Source: the human T2T-CHM13v2.0 reference genome, Homo sapiens. Taken from it: 64,000 nucleotides of DNA. The stretch lies in NCBI RefSeq assembly GCF_009914755.1, contig NC_060933.1. The stretch is one strand, 5' to 3'. Positions within the stretch are counted from its first letter, which is position 1, and the number at the start of each line of letters is the position of its first letter. Shown in pieces: positions 40,165 through 54,300 of this stretch. The notes beneath the pieces are model-generated. The model searched no databases. It was given only the letters and a program-made list of their open reading frames with translations, and was not told where the DNA came from. The position numbers were made by a program, and so were the translations under genes.

Positions 40165-43100
40165 CTCGATACATATTTATTGAATAAAAGAATGAATTAA
40201 TGCCTGAGAAACACTTAGCACGATGCTGGGCACTCAGTAAATGCTAATAGACGTTAGTCACTGGTGGTGGTGTTATCATTATCATTACTATTGGTGTATT
40301 AAAGGCATTCACGAAAACTCTGATTCTCAAAACAGCCTTGCAAGGTTGGAGTTATGCTCATCTTGAAAAAATGGAAATTAAGATTCAGATAAGGTAAATA
40401 CATTAACTTGCCCAAGTCCTTTAGAACTTACAGTGAAGTCTGTAACCTAACATTGCCCTAAACTCCTCCTCAGTAGGTATAAAACCCTGAGTCCCTTCAC
40501 ATAGACCAGGAATTGGTAGCACTACTGATATATAATTATACTTTTTTGAGCACACATGTCTTAGAAATAAAGCACATTTTGTGGGAGGCAGCACAGTATC
40601 TGTGGATTCGGTGTATGAGAAGCTGCGGTTGCCCAGAAGATAAGCAGAATTCCCAGGCTGCCACCCCTGCCCAGACTGCGGCTGGCCTCCCAAGCTGTGA
40701 GCCCCCAGCCTGGGATTCTCTCTGCACACCCAGGTGGGGGCCAGTCGGGCTGGATGTGGGGCTCCCATGGAAGAGAGGAAGGACACAGGCACTTCTTCAG
40801 TGCTTGGCCATTGTCAGGCCCATAAGGGGAGTAGGGAGCGTCTGTTTTTTCTCACTGTTGTATCCTGTGAGCCTAGCACAGAGCTTAGCTGAGAAAGTGC
40901 TTAGCAGCTACTTGGTGAATACACAAACGAATTAATGACTGAATGAATGAACAAACCTGCTGTGTGCCAGGCACCGTGTTGGTTTGCTTATATGACCTCA
41001 CTTAATGCTCAGCCTGGACACATGAGGTGAGAGCACATGAGGTGAGGCTCAGAAGGGTGAGGTTGTTTACTGAGGGTCAGCCAGTGGGGTGGGTGTTCAA
41101 ACCAGGTCTCCCTACCTCCTGTACTACCCCAGAGAGTAGGGAGGGCTCCCAGGCCATGGAGAATCCCCTTCCCCAAACAAGAGAGTCCATTTCACCTCTG
41201 GCTGTGATAGAGGCTCAGAGAGGAGGCAAGGGCAAGGGAATAAGTTGTTCTCAAGGCGGTTGCATGCTTTTTCAGCCCTCGCTGTGGATGGAACAGAATG
41301 TGGGGATGGCGGAGGGAGAACACGTTGGAGAGGAGTGGAAACTGAGGCCTGGGTCCTCGTTTCTCTGCAGTCTGGGCTTGCCACTTTCTACTAATGTTAT
41401 CACCATCACCCTAACCTTTATTGAGCAGTGACCTCATATACACCTCATTCTGTCTACACCTCCACATGAGGGAGGCACCGTTGTTAGCCCTGTTTACAGA
41501 GGCCAAAACTGAGGACCAGAGGAACTGTTCTGGCCGAGGAACTGTCCTGAAGCCACAAGTCAATGGCAGCATCCCCCTGACCCACTAAGACCACCTGGCT
41601 CTAGAGCCCCACCCTGTCCAGGCTGGCCGGCAGAGGGTCGCTTGGTCCTGGAGCAGCTGCTGCTATTGCAGAGTGCGGCAGGCCTCCTGGTTCTGAGTCT
41701 AGTTCATCCACTGGTTGACACTGGTGTCTTATTGTTGTCTTCCAATGTTGGAGCTGAGAAATCTCAGAAGGTTTTGTTGTGAGGTCCATGGTAGGGGTGG
41801 TGCTGACACCAGGATCTTACTAAAGGAAGCGTTTGGCGCTAGAGGGCTGAGCCCAGCAACATAGTGGAGCTGGGCACCATGAGCCTGTTCAGTGAGGTTT
41901 GATGGGCTATGAATCAGACTTGTCTTCCTGAGCTCGTGGTAATCCACTTGGAACTAAGTCCTGTTCTGGTCTGGAGATGTTTCCAGTCCCCAGCAGGACA
42001 TCTGCCCCCTCTGAGGGCAAGGCCTGTGCGCCTACCCTCCAGGACTGGATTAAGGATCACAGAGAGTGGGGACCACACAACTCAGCTCCCAGTGTGAACA
42101 CAAAACAGAGGTTCATGGCTGACAGGTGGGCCCCTGGAGTCTACCCAGCCATGGCCAGGAGGTTGAAGGAGCAGGGTTTGTGGCCAACCAGACCTGGATT
42201 CAAACCTTGGCTCCTCCAACTGTGGGCCAAGAGACCTTGGGAAACTCACCCTACTGTTCAGAGCCTTGGTTTCCCCACCTGGATGAAGAAGGTCATGATG
42301 CTTTCCTTGGAGTGCTTTTGGTAGATGAGCTGAGGAGATGGCTCAGGTCAGCCCATGTGGCAGCACCCCTGCCCTGGCTCAACAGCTTCACACGATCACA
42401 TGCGGTCAAATAAGGCCAGGATGGGAAGGGAAGGCTGAAGCCATGCCATGGATCAGGGCCCAGACTCAAGAGTCAGACCTGAGGTGCAGTGTCAGCTCTG
42501 CCACACACTAGCTGTATGATCTTGAACAAGCAACTTAGCCTCTCTGAGCCTCCCTTTCCTCTTCTGTAAAATGAAGACTCCATGAAATTGTACAAGTGCT
42601 GCTCAGCCCAGAGCTTGTGACCACGGTCACCATTCCCAGCATTCTTTTGCCTGCAGGCTCCCATTCTCCCACCCCATGCTCTGAGGCAGCTCCCTTGACC
42701 CAGGAGCCTCATTTGAGCCCCACCTCTCCCAGTGCCCCTGTTTGTGGGCTCGGGGTCACCAGGGGCCAGATCACTGTCAGGAACCCTCACCGAAGGAGAG
42801 AAGCAGGCCTTTTCCCAGACCAGTACCCATTGCAGCCTTTGAATAGAACACTTCAAATTACTCCTCTTTCACCATTGCTTTAGGCTTTCCAAGCTCCAAA
42901 TGGGCCTTCTTACTGGTATCCCTAGGCTACTTTACCACCCCCCTCACCCCACCCACACAGCTGCATCAGGTGCAGCCTGTGCAGAGTGGGCATTTGTATG
43001 CCCTTCATGGCCAAGTATAAGCTCCTGCTTCCTGCATTTGAGATGCTCGTGCTCAGGGAGTTGGCATGAGGCATCCTCGTCCCCATCTCAAACTGGACTC

Positions 43101-43344
43101 AACAGAGATGCCCTTTCCTGGGCTCTTACAACTGGATTACTAGGGCAGCCTCACTACCGAGCCCCAAAGAAAGGCGTTCATCCTCAGAGCTCACCAGATG
43201 GGATGCAACCGTGAAAGCCACCCAAGTGCTTGCTTTCTGCCCCAGGGGTTTGGGTGGCATCTGCAGAAGGAGTCTGTGGGCTTCACAGACCACTGATGAG
43301 GGAGTGTGGCTACAGTGGGTGTGATCCATTAAGAGTGAATTCAG

Positions 43345-43751
<407 letters not shown>

Positions 43752-44124
43752 TTATGGCATCAAAAATCCTATCTCTTTGGGTCTTTATATCTAAGTACCA
43801 TAATTACTAAGGGAAAATATCCTTCTTAAAAGAAAAATCAAAGCAATTGACATATCATCAGATGTCCACTAATATTTCATGGGTAAACAATCCTTCCTGC
43901 CTTCTAGAAGCTCCTCCTCCCACAGGGAAGCAGGTGGGAAGGACAGCAGCTACCATACAGCATCATAGCTGGTCTGGTGGAGTGTATAATTCAATTACAG
44001 CGGAGGGGAAAGGGAAATAAAGAGGGTCAGGGGTCACTTTTATGGTTTTTTTATTTTTTTATTTTTTGCTTTTTGTGTTTTGCCTGAGTCTTTGCAAGAG
44101 TTTTTTGTTTTCGTTTTTGTTTTT

Positions 44125-44279
44125 AATTCAAGTGTTTAGCCAGAATGGGTCTAGGAATAGATTTCTTTCCTGGAACCTAATAAACTCAGAATGTATCTAG
44201 GGATAGATAGATCTCTTTCCTGGAGCCTGATAAACTCTGAGTTCTATCCCTAGATACATTCTGGCTAACTACTTGAATT
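44125..44279. repeat. Composite direct and inverted repeat
   Basis: Direct units at 44141-44186 and 44187-44236. Inverted arms at 44125-44161 and 44243-44279. Confidence 0.9.
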
Positions 44280-47200
44280 CAGGAAAACACCCTTCTCTGG
44301 GTCATCTCTCTGTTCTCAGGCCCCTGTGTCCCCTTATGTTCTTTCTTCCCCTTCTTCCCCTTCTCTTTTCATTGGCACTGAGGGAGAGCTTGCCAACCTT
44401 GCCCACCACATCCATGATGCAAATCTCCGCAGTATCTGCCTCACTCCTTATTGTTTAATTTTTTAATTCTTCTGCCATGTTTTTAGTATTCTTTGATTTT
44501 TTTTCATATCTCATGCATCTCTCTTTCCATCGCATCCACCCGCAGTTTCATCTCTGACAGTTCTCTCTTATCACAGAAGCCTTGTCTTCTTGTACTGTAT
44601 TCAAAAGAAAAGCTGTTTGAACTTTCTTCCAGATCCTGGAATAGACTGTGTGGGGAGGTGTGGTCTCTCTTATCCCTCTACTTCTCCTACATGCAGTTCA
44701 AACCCATTACTTGGAAGTATTCTTTCGTATTATCCTTTTTGGATTTTCTTTCCCCGAATGTACCCTTGAATGTAATAAAATCTATTCAGCTTTGGGGTTT
44801 ATTAATAGGCAAGGCATTTGGGCTTCCCTCTGAGCACACTCCAGTTCTTTTCTGGAAGTAGCAATCTACAAATGAATGTGAGAAGATGGTGGGCAAAAGA
44901 GTGAGTCAGAGCATTCTAGAACCCCTCCGATCAGCTCCTACTGGGCAGTGAGTGTACTGGTCATTGGCCCAAATTTTCTGGTTTCCATAGCCTTGGATCA
45001 CTGTGTCTTGGGAAAAGCCCCAGGAGATATGAATTATTTTGGTTTCAAGAGAAAAGGTGTAAATCTGTTCAATTTCTGTCCTGTATATCTGCCCTATAGT
45101 ATATTAAATTTCTTAGATCCTAGCACTAAGGCTGTCTGTCCATAAGTCTTAGTTGGTAAGGAGGTTTTTAGTGGTAAGTCAGGGAAAGCTCTGTGAGGGG
45201 CGGCCTAGTCTCTTCTGGAAGGTTTCCAGAAACTGGTCTGTACCCCCATCTCCTCCTAAAGCTTCAGGAATTTTTTCTCAAGTAACTTCATTGAGGGCCA
45301 ACATTATCCAGATAATCTGCAACCCTTTCACATGCATTACCTGCTTTTGTCTTCAGCCCTGTGAGAAAGTTACAGGTACTATCTCTATCTCCCAGATGAA
45401 GAAAGCAAGGTCCCAGGAGTTGAATAACTCACCCAGAATCACACTGAACAATAAGTGGCAATGCCAGGATTTGAACAGAGATCCCTCAGGTTTTCGTAGT
45501 TTTCTTATCTTTCCTCCAGTGTATGTGTTGAGCTACATGTGAACATCACATATGACATAGTATATGTGAGTGTGGGTTCTGCAGTCAAACTGTCTGGGCT
45601 GGAATCCTACCATTGTCACAGAGTGACCTTGGGCAGATTACTTTACATCTCTGGAGCTGAGGAGAGTAGCCAGGGCAGGGGGAGAGCAGATGAATGAACT
45701 CTGTGAATGCTGAAGACATAGATAACCCTCTTTTGTCTCACTCACCTCTTGATTCCTTTGGGGTCTCTCAGTGGCACCTGAGGATGATTCCCCCAAGTAA
45801 ATGTATGCTAGAGGATTACTTTTTTTTTTTTTTTTTTTTTTAGCAGTTTCATGCCCTTAATCGTTTGTGTAATTAATGCCTCTGTTGAATGTCCCTCTTC
45901 TGCCAGGCTGCATGCCTCATGGGTTCAGGGCCTGTGCCTGTCTGGTTCTGCTGTATACCCCTGTGTCTAGAATGTGGGAGGTCCTCAGTGAGTATTTGTG
46001 ATGCTAAGGCCCTGTCATGATGGCGGCGCACATCACTGAGTGAGCTGGTTCCTAAGCACATCACCCTGTGCCCTTGCAGCTTCCTCTCCCCAATGACCTG
46101 CCACCTTCCTTCAGGGTCCTTGCTTCTTCTAATTGGTCAGCAGACATGCTTTCCTGCCACTTCGGCCTCTGTTCCCTGCAGAGCATCCTCTGACGATGTA
46201 GCCAGAATGTCCTAATGAGGGGAGCATTGGCCACAAGGCCTGCTGGTGTAGCAGAAGGGGAAGTCAGAATTGAGTAAAATTGCTGCTGGAGAACCAGTGC
46301 ACCAATTGGTGCAGAGCAGAAGGATGGGTCTCAAGGAGGTGACCGGGAGACCACAGTCCAGAGGGTCAAGTTTCTTGGGTCCTTTCCCAAGGGAGTTGAG
46401 TCTCATGGGCAGAGGAGAGGCAATACAAGGAGAGTAGGTGTAGGCAGGCCTTCCAATCTGAAGCTGACCCCAGCCAGTGACGGCCCAGGCTCTCCCCTAC
46501 CTTCCCATCCCACCCCACCACACAAGACCAGACTAACAAGAGCACTGGCTATTCCATCACCCGCTGCTGGCAGAGCTGAGGGCTGAGTGCTTGGCCTGCC
46601 TTGGGTGAGACTGGCTCCCAGGCTTGGTGGGAATAGCGCTGCCTACAGACCCTGACCAGGGCGTTAGGGCTGCAAGAGGCAGGGCTGCTGCTGGGCCAGC
46701 TGGATCTGGCCAGGCCAAGTGCCTTGTGTCCACAGGGTGTCCTGGAGAAGGGTGGAGCCCACAGAGATGGCTCCTGCCATGGAGTAGGAGGAGCCCCTGC
46801 CCACTGAAAGCCTGCGACCTCCCCATGAGGACTCACATCCTCTCATCTCCGTTGAGAAAGGCAGGGAGAGATCAAAACACCTGAGCCTGAAAACCACAAA
46901 TAAATTCACAATCAGATGCCTTCTTCCTTCCAGAGGGCCCAAGGAACCTCTCAGTATTTCATTTCAGCAAAATCAGTAAAGAATTTACTTTGAGGAAGTG
47001 AAAATCAGTTTCGATCTAGCTAACCCTCTGAAAATCTGTTGCTTGTTTTCCAGAGAATGCAGGGATTGATAATTGAGGTTTAGAATGTTGTCTTTTGTTA
47101 CACAGTTTCCATTGAGTAATGAGTAAAGCTGACAGTTTTGCATCTGCCTCCATTATTATTTTTGTTATACTTAAAGACTAGGTACAGTGTGGTCACAGAT

Positions 47201-48479
47201 ACGCGAGTGCATTAGTGGAAGTGGAAAATACTTTGGCGACTGAAGCGGCTGTCTGTGATCTCACTCTCTGGCCGGGATCCTGGTGGCCTCGGACGTTTGG
47301 GGAGCCTTTCTGTGCACAGTAGCAAATCTCTGAGCCAGGGTTGGAAAGACAAGCTCAAGAGTGTTTTCCTTGGCACATGGGCAGCCTCGGTTCTACCCAA
47401 TATAGAGGCAGGTTTCTAAGGCTTTCACTGGGGGAATCATCTTGCATTTCCTTTTAGTGACGTTAGCTCCTCTGGAAGCACTTTATAGCACTCTGAGAAA
47501 TATGAGTATTTAGCTTGCGGATACCACAGTGTGGGGCTGTCCCTTAACAGAGTGGCTGTGGAGTGGGGTGCCTGGCAACCGCAGCCACCCTTCCACTGAG
47601 CAATAGAATTTCAGAGGCCAGGTTGAAGGGAGTCGTGTATATTCCAATAAAGATTCAACATGGGGTCCATTCATTTCCCTGGCCATTTTCTGAGCCCCTG
47701 CTCTATGCTAGGCTTGGTGCTGGGCCCTTGAGCATGCAGAGATGGATAAGGCACAGCCCTTGCCCTGGATAAATGCTGTAATCGAGGAAAGGACAGTGTG
47801 CTGCGAGCCCAGGAGGAGCCAGTTAGCAGCCAGGAAGGAGAAGGAGGCACAGAGGGAAGGGGAGGAAACCCCTCTGCTGAGGCTCAGAGGCATGAGACAG
47901 AGGGCACATCAGGGGCTGCATGGAGGGGCTGGCATAGTTGGGGCATCACATGAGACGTGGAGGAAGAGGCTGGAAAGGTAGTGTGGGGCAGAGCCCAGAA
48001 ACCTTGGATGCTGTGCTAAGGAGTTTTCACATTGCCTGTTGGGATAGAAAGCCACTGGGTATTTTTAAGTAGGTGAGGGGCATGGTCTAATAGGGTTTGA
48101 GAAAGATCACAGGGTATAGACTGGACTGGAAATGGAGAGAGCAAAAGCAGGGAGATGTATGAGGGGATAGGAAGCACTAACAGATTGGAGTCAGTGTCTG
48201 TGGCCTTTAAATCTAAACCTGAAGACCAACCAGGGGCTGAGAACGCTCGGAAATTCTTGTGCTTCACATATTGCTCTCCTTCTCCCTGCCAAAAAAGTGT
48301 TTGCTTCTTTAATAGAAAGAGAAAGAAAGAAATATCTTGCTTTTTTTTTTTTTACTTCTAAAACTGTAGTATATATTCATAGCTAAAGGTTAAAATAATA
48401 TAAAATTGTATAAAGCAGAAAATAATCCTGCAGTTTCATACCCAAAGATGGCTATCGATAACAGATTGAGCAGTGTATT

Positions 48480-51340
48480 CTCTGTGTGTGATCTCTCTAT
48501 TGTTACAGGCATACCTGATGTTTTTCACTTAAAAACATATCATGGATATCTTTCCGTGTCAGTTCTTAGAAATATATTTTATCCTTACAATAGCTGCATG
48601 ATGTTCCGCTACTTGGATATAAAATAATTTATATAAACCATGTGTTTTTTGTATAATTATAAATTACAAACAATGCTGCAGTGAACATTTCTTATTAATG
48701 TTTGTAGTAGTATTGCTGCAATTTGTAGTAGTATTGCTGTAGAGTAAATTTCTAGAAGTGGAATTACTGGGTCCTAGAAAACACATTATTTGACATCCAA
48801 ATTCTCCTCCCAAAAGTTTCTATCAATTTATGCTGTAGTCACTCTTGTATAGTGTGACTTTTTCCACACGCTCATCAACACTAAATATTATCGATTTTTA
48901 AGAACTTTGTCAGTATAAATGGGAAAAAATATCTTGTTTTAGTTTGTAATTCCTTGATTATTACTGCATCTTGGGAATCTTTCACATTTTTATTTACATT
49001 TATACTCTTCCACAAATTGCTCATCTTTTGTAACATTATTTGCATTTATTGTAGGAGCTCTTTATATATTAGGACTGTTGACTGTCTTATAAATTGCAAA
49101 TATTTTTCCTATTCTATTTGTCTTTCAGCTTCATGTATGGTGTTTTATTTGATCATGCAGAAGTGTGTGGGTTTTGAGAAATGGACCCCAATATGTCAGT
49201 CTTTTTTTAATGGTTTTGGGTCTTATGTCACACTTAAGCCTTTGCGTACCTCAGCATTATAAAATTATTCTTCTGTATTTTATTCAAGTACTCGTATTAT
49301 TTAGATTTCAACTCCCTAATTTATCTGTAATTTATTCTGTTTTAGGAATGAAGTAGAGATCCAGCTTTATATTTTTCCAAATCAATAATCATTTGTCTCA
49401 ATATCATTTATTGAAGGATTGTTCCTTTTCCTATTGATTTGAAATATACCTGCATCGTATACTAAATTTCTGTATCTCTATGTATGTATTGCTGGGCTCC
49501 CTTTATTTGTCTAACTCTGTAGCAATACTATACTGCTTAATGACTGGGCATCACAGCACATTTTATAACAAGCCCCTCTCTTCATTCTTCTTGTTAAAAA
49601 TGTTTATTTTCATACATTTCCTCTTCCAAGTGAACTTTGGAATCATTTCAGATATGAAATGTGTATGTTAATTAGGCAATAATTGACATCCTTGCAATGT
49701 TGTGTCTTCCCATCTAAGAATATTATATATTTCCTTACTTATTTACATCTTCTTTCAATCCTTCAGATATTTTTACTTCATTAGTTTTTACCTGAATTAC
49801 CAAAGTGTTACATTCTCATTGCAACAACTCAGATACAAAGAGATGTAGATAAAAGGTTTGTATTCTTATGAATTGTGCCTTTATTTAGTAAAATGGATGC
49901 TTTGGAGAAGGATTAGTAGGCCCAGGATATGTGTATACTTGATTTTAATAAATGTTATATATTATTTTTCTATCAAATATGTTTTATTCATATAAGTCTT
50001 ACACATTTCTAAGTTTATTCCTAGGTGTTTTATAGTTTTGCTGTTATTGTAAATTGCCCTTTTTTTCCATTGTGTTTTCTAGCTGATGATTACTGTTATA
50101 TAAGAATGACATTGATTTATGTATATTTATTTTGAAGTTAACTTTGTTATTCTAATAGTTTTTCAGTTGATTATCCTAAATTGTCTAATTATATCACTAA
50201 TGTGATAACTAATCATATCACCTGCAAAAATGACACTGTGATATGCATCTTTAATATTCCACATTTGTTGTCTTGCTTTATCACATTCAGCATAGTGTTA
50301 AATGATAGCAGTATGTCAGATATTCTTGATTTGTTCCTATTTAATAGGATTTCAATATTAAGAACATTGTTTTAATTTTCTAATATGTATCCTTTATCAC
50401 ATCAAGGAAGTCTGTGCTTTATCAGGACACGCCAATGAGTTTTATTTGATAATATTTTATTTGGAATCCCTGCATCTTGATTTATTAATGTGATTGGTCT
50501 CTGTTTTATGCCACCTCTGTCAGGTTTGGGTGTAATGGTTATGCTAGAATCGTAAAATGAACTGCAGCTATTTCTGATTTTTCCTGTTCTGGAACAGTTT
50601 AAGTAACATTAAGTTTTTCTTTTACGGTTTTATGCATGAGCTCCTTAAAAATCATCTAGATATTGTATTTTAATTATATTAGGTTGGTGCAAAAGTAATT
50701 GCAGTTTCTGCGATTAAAAGTAATGGCAATTACTTTTGCACCAATCTAATAGTATCTTTCTCCATTATTAATATTTTTCTCTTTATTAGTAAAGTTTTTT
50801 GCCTCTTCTTCAGAGAACTTTGAGAAGATATATTTTCCTACTAAGCATTCATTTCATCTAGATTTTCAAATATGTTACCATAAAATTTACACATACCACT
50901 ATTTTAACATCTCTTCCATATTTGAAATCATATCCCCGCTCTCATCCCTAATATTGTTCATCTGTGTCTTTTTCCTCAGTCGTACATACCAAAGGATTGT
51001 CCATTTCATTGATTTTCTCAAAGAACCAACTTTCAGTTTTATTTATCACTTTGCTAGACTGTTGATTTTTTAAAAATTCATTATTTATGCTTTTATATTT
51101 TAAATTGTTTTCTCGTTTCTTTTTTTTCTAGTTCTATATAATGAATACTTAGTTCACTTTTTAAATGTTTTTTAATTATTAATATAAGCATTTGAGGCTG
51201 TGGACTTTTCTCTCGGTGGTTACATGGCCTTGCATCATTGTGGATAATTTTGATATTTTAATTTTAACTTATTTTTTCATCTCAGAATTAATTGGTAAGT
51301 GTTTTTTCTTTCCCAAATAATTATTTTTAAAAATTTGTTT
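48480..51340 (-). mobile_element. Ancient L1M/L1ME LINE fragments (AT-rich block); boundaries approximate
   Basis: Antisense L1 motifs: aatgctgcagtgaacatt, tagaagtggaattactgggtc, agagatccagctttatatttttccaa...catttattgaa, aagtttattcctaggtgttttata. Confidence 0.75.
50679..50749. mobile_element. MADE1 (Hsmar1-derived MITE), 71 bp
   Basis: Inverted termini ttaggttggtgcaaaagtaattgc / gcaattacttttgcaccaatctaa, flanked by TA at 50677-50678 and 50750-50751. Confidence 0.95.
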
Positions 51341-54300
51341 TTACCCATGGGACAGAGAAGGGGGTGGAATTGCTCCAGATGCCCCGAAGCCACACGGGTT
51401 ATGAGTGTGGGAGGTATAATTTCCCCAAAAGGAAATCAAGGGCTATTTCCAAAATAGGTAGTGGGTGTTAGGCAGAAAAAAGTGTCAGTTTCTTCTCTAT
51501 TCCCAATTGTCATTGAAGGGTTAAATGAGCTAGTACATGTAATATACTCAGCACAGTGTCCAGCATGAAAAAAGGCCAATAACAGTAACCAGATGCATGG
51601 CCTCTCCTCATGCCCCTTCTTACTGCCAGTCAGAACCCCAGTGCACGCTATGCCATCCATTGCACTCTGGGGGAACGTTTGCAAACAGTGGGTTACCTCT
51701 TTGTGCCTGTACATTACCAGGCAATCCCCAGGGCATGAGGGGATCTATAGTTGTGTCCTCATTTCACCTTGGGGAGCCAGGAGGTGATTTGGCTTCCCTG
51801 GACTTCAGGATTCTGTCCAGACAGCAGGACTTTGCCCACGTGCCTTTGTGATTCATGAGCCACAACCCCAAGTCATACACAAGGCCATGTGCTCATCCAG
51901 AAAGCGTGGCCTCTGACCACCTGCCATGTGACTGCCTGCGCCTGCCCCCTTCTGCAGACCGAGGAAACTGTCTCAGTGACAGTAAGCTTCCAACAGCTTT
52001 CACAAAAGGAATACTCTCTAAATGAGGATTTGTTCTGAAGCCCTGTTTTGCTTGTTGGATATTAATTAGCAGGTGCTAGTTAATACTCACAGTCTTCCCC
52101 ATCTTCTCAGGGAGCCTGGGCCGCCTGCTGAGATCTCATCATGCAATAGATGGAAATGCTTTGTGCTCTCTTAAAGAGAGCACACACATCCTAATGAGCT
52201 GCTGCTTTGTTATTTCATTTGGAATTTATCAGGACAGTTTATGTGATCAAACCACACAAATATAGTTCTGCATGCCAGCACTCCTGAATACTGAAGTTTG
52301 AAAGTGATCTTTTTAAGGCAGAGCAGGAGAACATGGAAAAAAGTCTTTCATCTCAAACTTTGAAAAAGGGAGAGAGAGAAAATGGAAAGTATAAGATGGA
52401 AATGTGGCACATTTTTATGCTGTAGAGGGTTTTTTTTTCCCCTCAACACAGCAGAATTTTCCTTATTAAAAAGATAGCTGTATGAGAAAAACCAAAACCA
52501 GACTTGGGTTGGAAGTGAGACAGGGTGGCGATGGGAGAACAAGGGAGCAGTGAGTCTCTGGGCTTGTGGGAAGCCCTGGTGCCAGCCGTGGGCTTTGGCT
52601 TGGGGAGGCTGCAAGCGCCCAGCTTCAAGCAGGCTCTGGGCCATCGAGTATGGGTGTCCCTCAGCTTCAGAGAAGGTGTCTGTTCGGAAGAGCACCTCCT
52701 TTGTCAGCCTGGCACTCCCTCCTTGGGGCCGGGTGTCCTGTGGACACCTCTGGTGGGGAGCCTGTATTCACTGTCAAGAAGCAGGTTTGGCCACCTGCCC
52801 CTTGTGTTGAGGCCAGCCCAGCTGCGGAGGGCTTCTGGAGCAGAACGAGGTGAGAGCTGCCCACTCTGGCCCTGGGGGTTTGCCTCACCACGGCAGTCTG
52901 GTTGGCACTCATGTGGCAGCTACAGCAGTGTCACCAGGCCCTGTGTGGGGCATGGAAGGAGGGAGCAGAGCCCAAGCATGGTCTGGGATCTGTCTCAGAG
53001 GAGGTCCAGTCTGCGGGTGGGCATAGCCATGGGGCAGATGCCAGCTGCCAGCAGTGTCCTGGGGATTGGGGGAAGACAGGCCACAGCAGGGGTCCTCACA
53101 CCCCCAACTCTCTGCCTGGAATCCTCATCCCTGTGCCAGCCAATGACTTCCAGCCCCCAGCCTCCAGCCCCTAGCACTGCTGTCTGTCCCAGATCTTTGG
53201 AGTCAGGCAGTCCTGAATTCAAATCCTGATTCTCTCACTTGCAAGCTGTGTGATCTTGGCCAATTGAAACTAAGCTTCAGTTTCCTAATCTGTAAAATGG
53301 TGGGGAACAGGAGTGCCTTCTGTACAGGGTCACTGCTAAGGTGCCATGGTAAACACAATACTTCCCTTCCCTAGAGTAGACAGTGGCTGTTACTGTCAGG
53401 GTTGTTTCCCCCAACAGGTCTGCACCTCTCAGCCTTGCCTGGTCCCTGGCACTGTCCAGCCCCAAGGCAGCCAGGGCCAATGGCTGATCCAGTTACTGTC
53501 CATCTTCATAAGGCCAACATCACAATGTCATCTGCTTTGGTAACTCTGTGTAAATAGGAATAGGAGCTGAGATGTCCAGCTGTGCTGTCCCAGTCCAGGT
53601 GACAGCTCCAAGCACTGGTCCAACTGAGGGGTGGCCACCATGCAGTCAGCATCTGGGCGCCATCCACGGTTGTGGCAAACCCAGCTGGGCTCATTCCTCC
53701 CATGCTGCTGCTTCAAATAGGGCCAGCCGTAAGGTCAGCTCAGCTTCTTATGCACTTCAATGGTCCAGGCCCTGGACTGGGAGACTCGTGTAAACCACCG
53801 TTATTACCCTTATTCACAGTCAAGGAAACTGAGGCCCTGGGAGGTAAAAAGGCTTGCCTAAGGCCACCCAGCTGGTGAGTGGGAGAGCCTGGGTTCCGAG
53901 TCTCCTGGATCCGGGCCCCACGTTCTCTCACTTATACCACAGCTGCTTGTCATGTGGCAGAGCTGGAAGGACCCGCAGGACTGGGTGGGACACTGATGAT
54001 GGGACCTGGGGCTGACCAGACTGACCACAGTGGACATGAGGGAGGTGGAGAGTAGCAGGTGGTAGATGGCACAGGGGAGGCAGCCACAGTAGAGTCATGA
54101 GCCCTTTTGGAGAGTGTTGACCCCATAGGGGAAATCAGGCAGGGACAGCCATAGCCTGGGTTCACCTATGCCCCTATCTTGCCTCACTGGCTGCCATACA
54201 CCAGAGAGTCTGGCTGGAGTAAAAGAAGAACCGCCCATAGACAACCTGGACAGACCTGTGCTCAAATCCTGCTTCTGCCAGTTCCCAGCTGTGTGGCCAC

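Noticed and set aside
48701-48739. 18-bp tandem duplication tttgtagtagtattgctg, and similar 10-15 bp duplications near 31465, 41019, 56411 and 63924
   Set aside because: Ordinary slippage duplications, mostly inside old repeats, with no sign of function.
52525-53229. 234-aa ORF
   Set aside because: No recognisable protein family, several overlapping ORFs in other frames, and it runs into a MIR. Consistent with chance in GC-rich intron sequence.
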